The notes under the pieces are model-generated. The model was not told where the DNA came from. It did not search any database and saw nothing but the letters and a program-made list of their open reading frames with translations. The translations under genes and the position numbers were made by a program. Below are positions 62,778 to 64,000 of a DNA stretch of 64,000 nt, piece by piece. Origin of the DNA: Epiperipatus broadwayi (lineage: Eukaryota; Animalia; Onychophora); assembly GCA_028023455.1 (NCBI GenBank), contig JAQFVV010000010.1, positions 14,818,001-14,882,000 on the forward strand, written 5' to 3'. Numbering within the stretch: position 1 is the first letter of the stretch; every line of letters starts with the position of its first letter.

Positions 62778-63424
62778 CAGGGGTCCCCAACCCTATGCCC
62801 GCGGGCACCACGGCGCCCGCAGACCATTTTACATGTGCCCGCCGCTATTCAAACACGATAAAAAATTATTTATCTGATACAGATAAATTTAATTTTTAAA
62901 ATTTCTTATAAATTATTGTAATATATATCGTCAAACCGTGTGTTAGAATATATTTGTAATAACTTAATATTTGTGTTAATATTAAAAATGCACACGCATA
63001 TATAATTCGGCTATGTATAGATAACTCAAATCAAATAAATAAATAACAAACTTTTATTGATTTTTTCTAGTGCTTTCAAAGCTATAATCTTCATTTTCAA
63101 GAAGTACAGTATTTCTTCATTTTCACGAAGTGCAAATATGCAAAATAGGACAGATTAAATATGCAAATATGGGTAGGAAAATTTTTCAAATTTACTATTG
63201 TATTATATTGTAATCAAATTGTAGGGCATACTATACTTTTACAGCGTAAAAATATAAACATTAATTATATGTTAAAATTTTATTTTTGAAATATTTTTTT
63301 TGCACATTACGTGTATTATTAACAATATCCAACTATAAATTTACATTGAAACAATAAATGGTGCCTACCACCTTGCCAGTATTGTAGAATGTGCTTTTAG
63401 GTGCAAAAAGGTTGGGGACCCCTG
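62778..63424. mobile_element. hAT (Buster/Charlie-type) MITE, 647 bp, with 275 bp of extra internal sequence
   Basis: TIR CAGGGGTCCCCAACC / GGTTGGGGACCCCTG; TSD tgatagat / cgatagat; extra segment 62921-63195 flanked by TATTGTA. Confidence 0.9.
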
Positions 63425-64000
63425 CGATAGATGGACTATCTCATTTAGCAGGCTCACTTTTTGTAAATGATGGAAGAAAGAAGTTGAATTGTGAATATTT
63501 TTTCCACAACTTTAGAAAAGACCATAATTACAATTATGCTAGAAAATTTGCAGAAATGAACTCTGTTTTTGTTTTTTGGGCACTGGATTAAATGTGAACA
63601 ATTTCATCAAAACAATGTAAGAAAGCTTCTAGATGATTGTACACTGAAATAAATTTGAAGGCAAAATTTTTTAAAATAATGAAGTATAATGAGAAAGCTT
63701 TTTTAGCATTGAGATTTAAAATTTGTTGATAAATGGCTGAATATTATTATAGTGTGGAGAGGGAGGAAGGATATTGGTGTAGGTAACAATAACCATCAAA
63801 ATCTTAAAGTTATAGGCAAAATAATTTTTTTTTTTTTTAAAGAAGCTGCAGAAATATCACTATCTTTGGATGAAATGACCTGTCAGTAATCACTTTACTC
63901 CACACTCTCAATTGAGCTTAAAATAAAATAATTTTAAGATGTCTCTTTTAAAACAATTACATTAACTTCAGTAAAATAAAATTTCATTTTAATGAATTAG

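Overview
Very AT-rich eukaryotic DNA (roughly 25% GC by eye, CpG-depleted, invertebrate-like; the organism cannot be identified from sequence). It looks intronic or intergenic: I found no intact host protein-coding gene, and most of the ORF track is AT-rich noise. Recognisable coding relics are all transposon-derived: a 5'-truncated Penelope-like element (RT + GIY-YIG, 16.6-18.7 kb, minus), a second decayed Penelope fragment (25.1-25.6 kb), two L1/Tx1-type LINE ORF2 relics (43.6-45.1 kb minus, 59.4-61.3 kb plus), RTE-clade LINE fragments, and Merlin and mariner relics. Non-coding repeats include hAT/Buster MITEs, a tRNA-Gly(TCC) gene or pseudogene and a tRNA-Gly-derived SINE family. The main hidden signal is a set of minimal type-I hammerhead ribozyme (HHR) motifs: about 17 copies (intact to decayed) in at least six unrelated sequence families. 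Most sit in short non-coding fold-back elements (inverted partial copy plus forward copy), several flanked by 11-15 bp target-site duplications (TSDs). One HHR is at the 3' end of the Penelope element (U3:A8 core variant), one family fuses a tRNA-Lys Pol III head to the HHR, and one family appears to carry an unusual compensatory A3:U8 core. All ribozyme calls are from motif and base-pairing inspection only; activity is untested.
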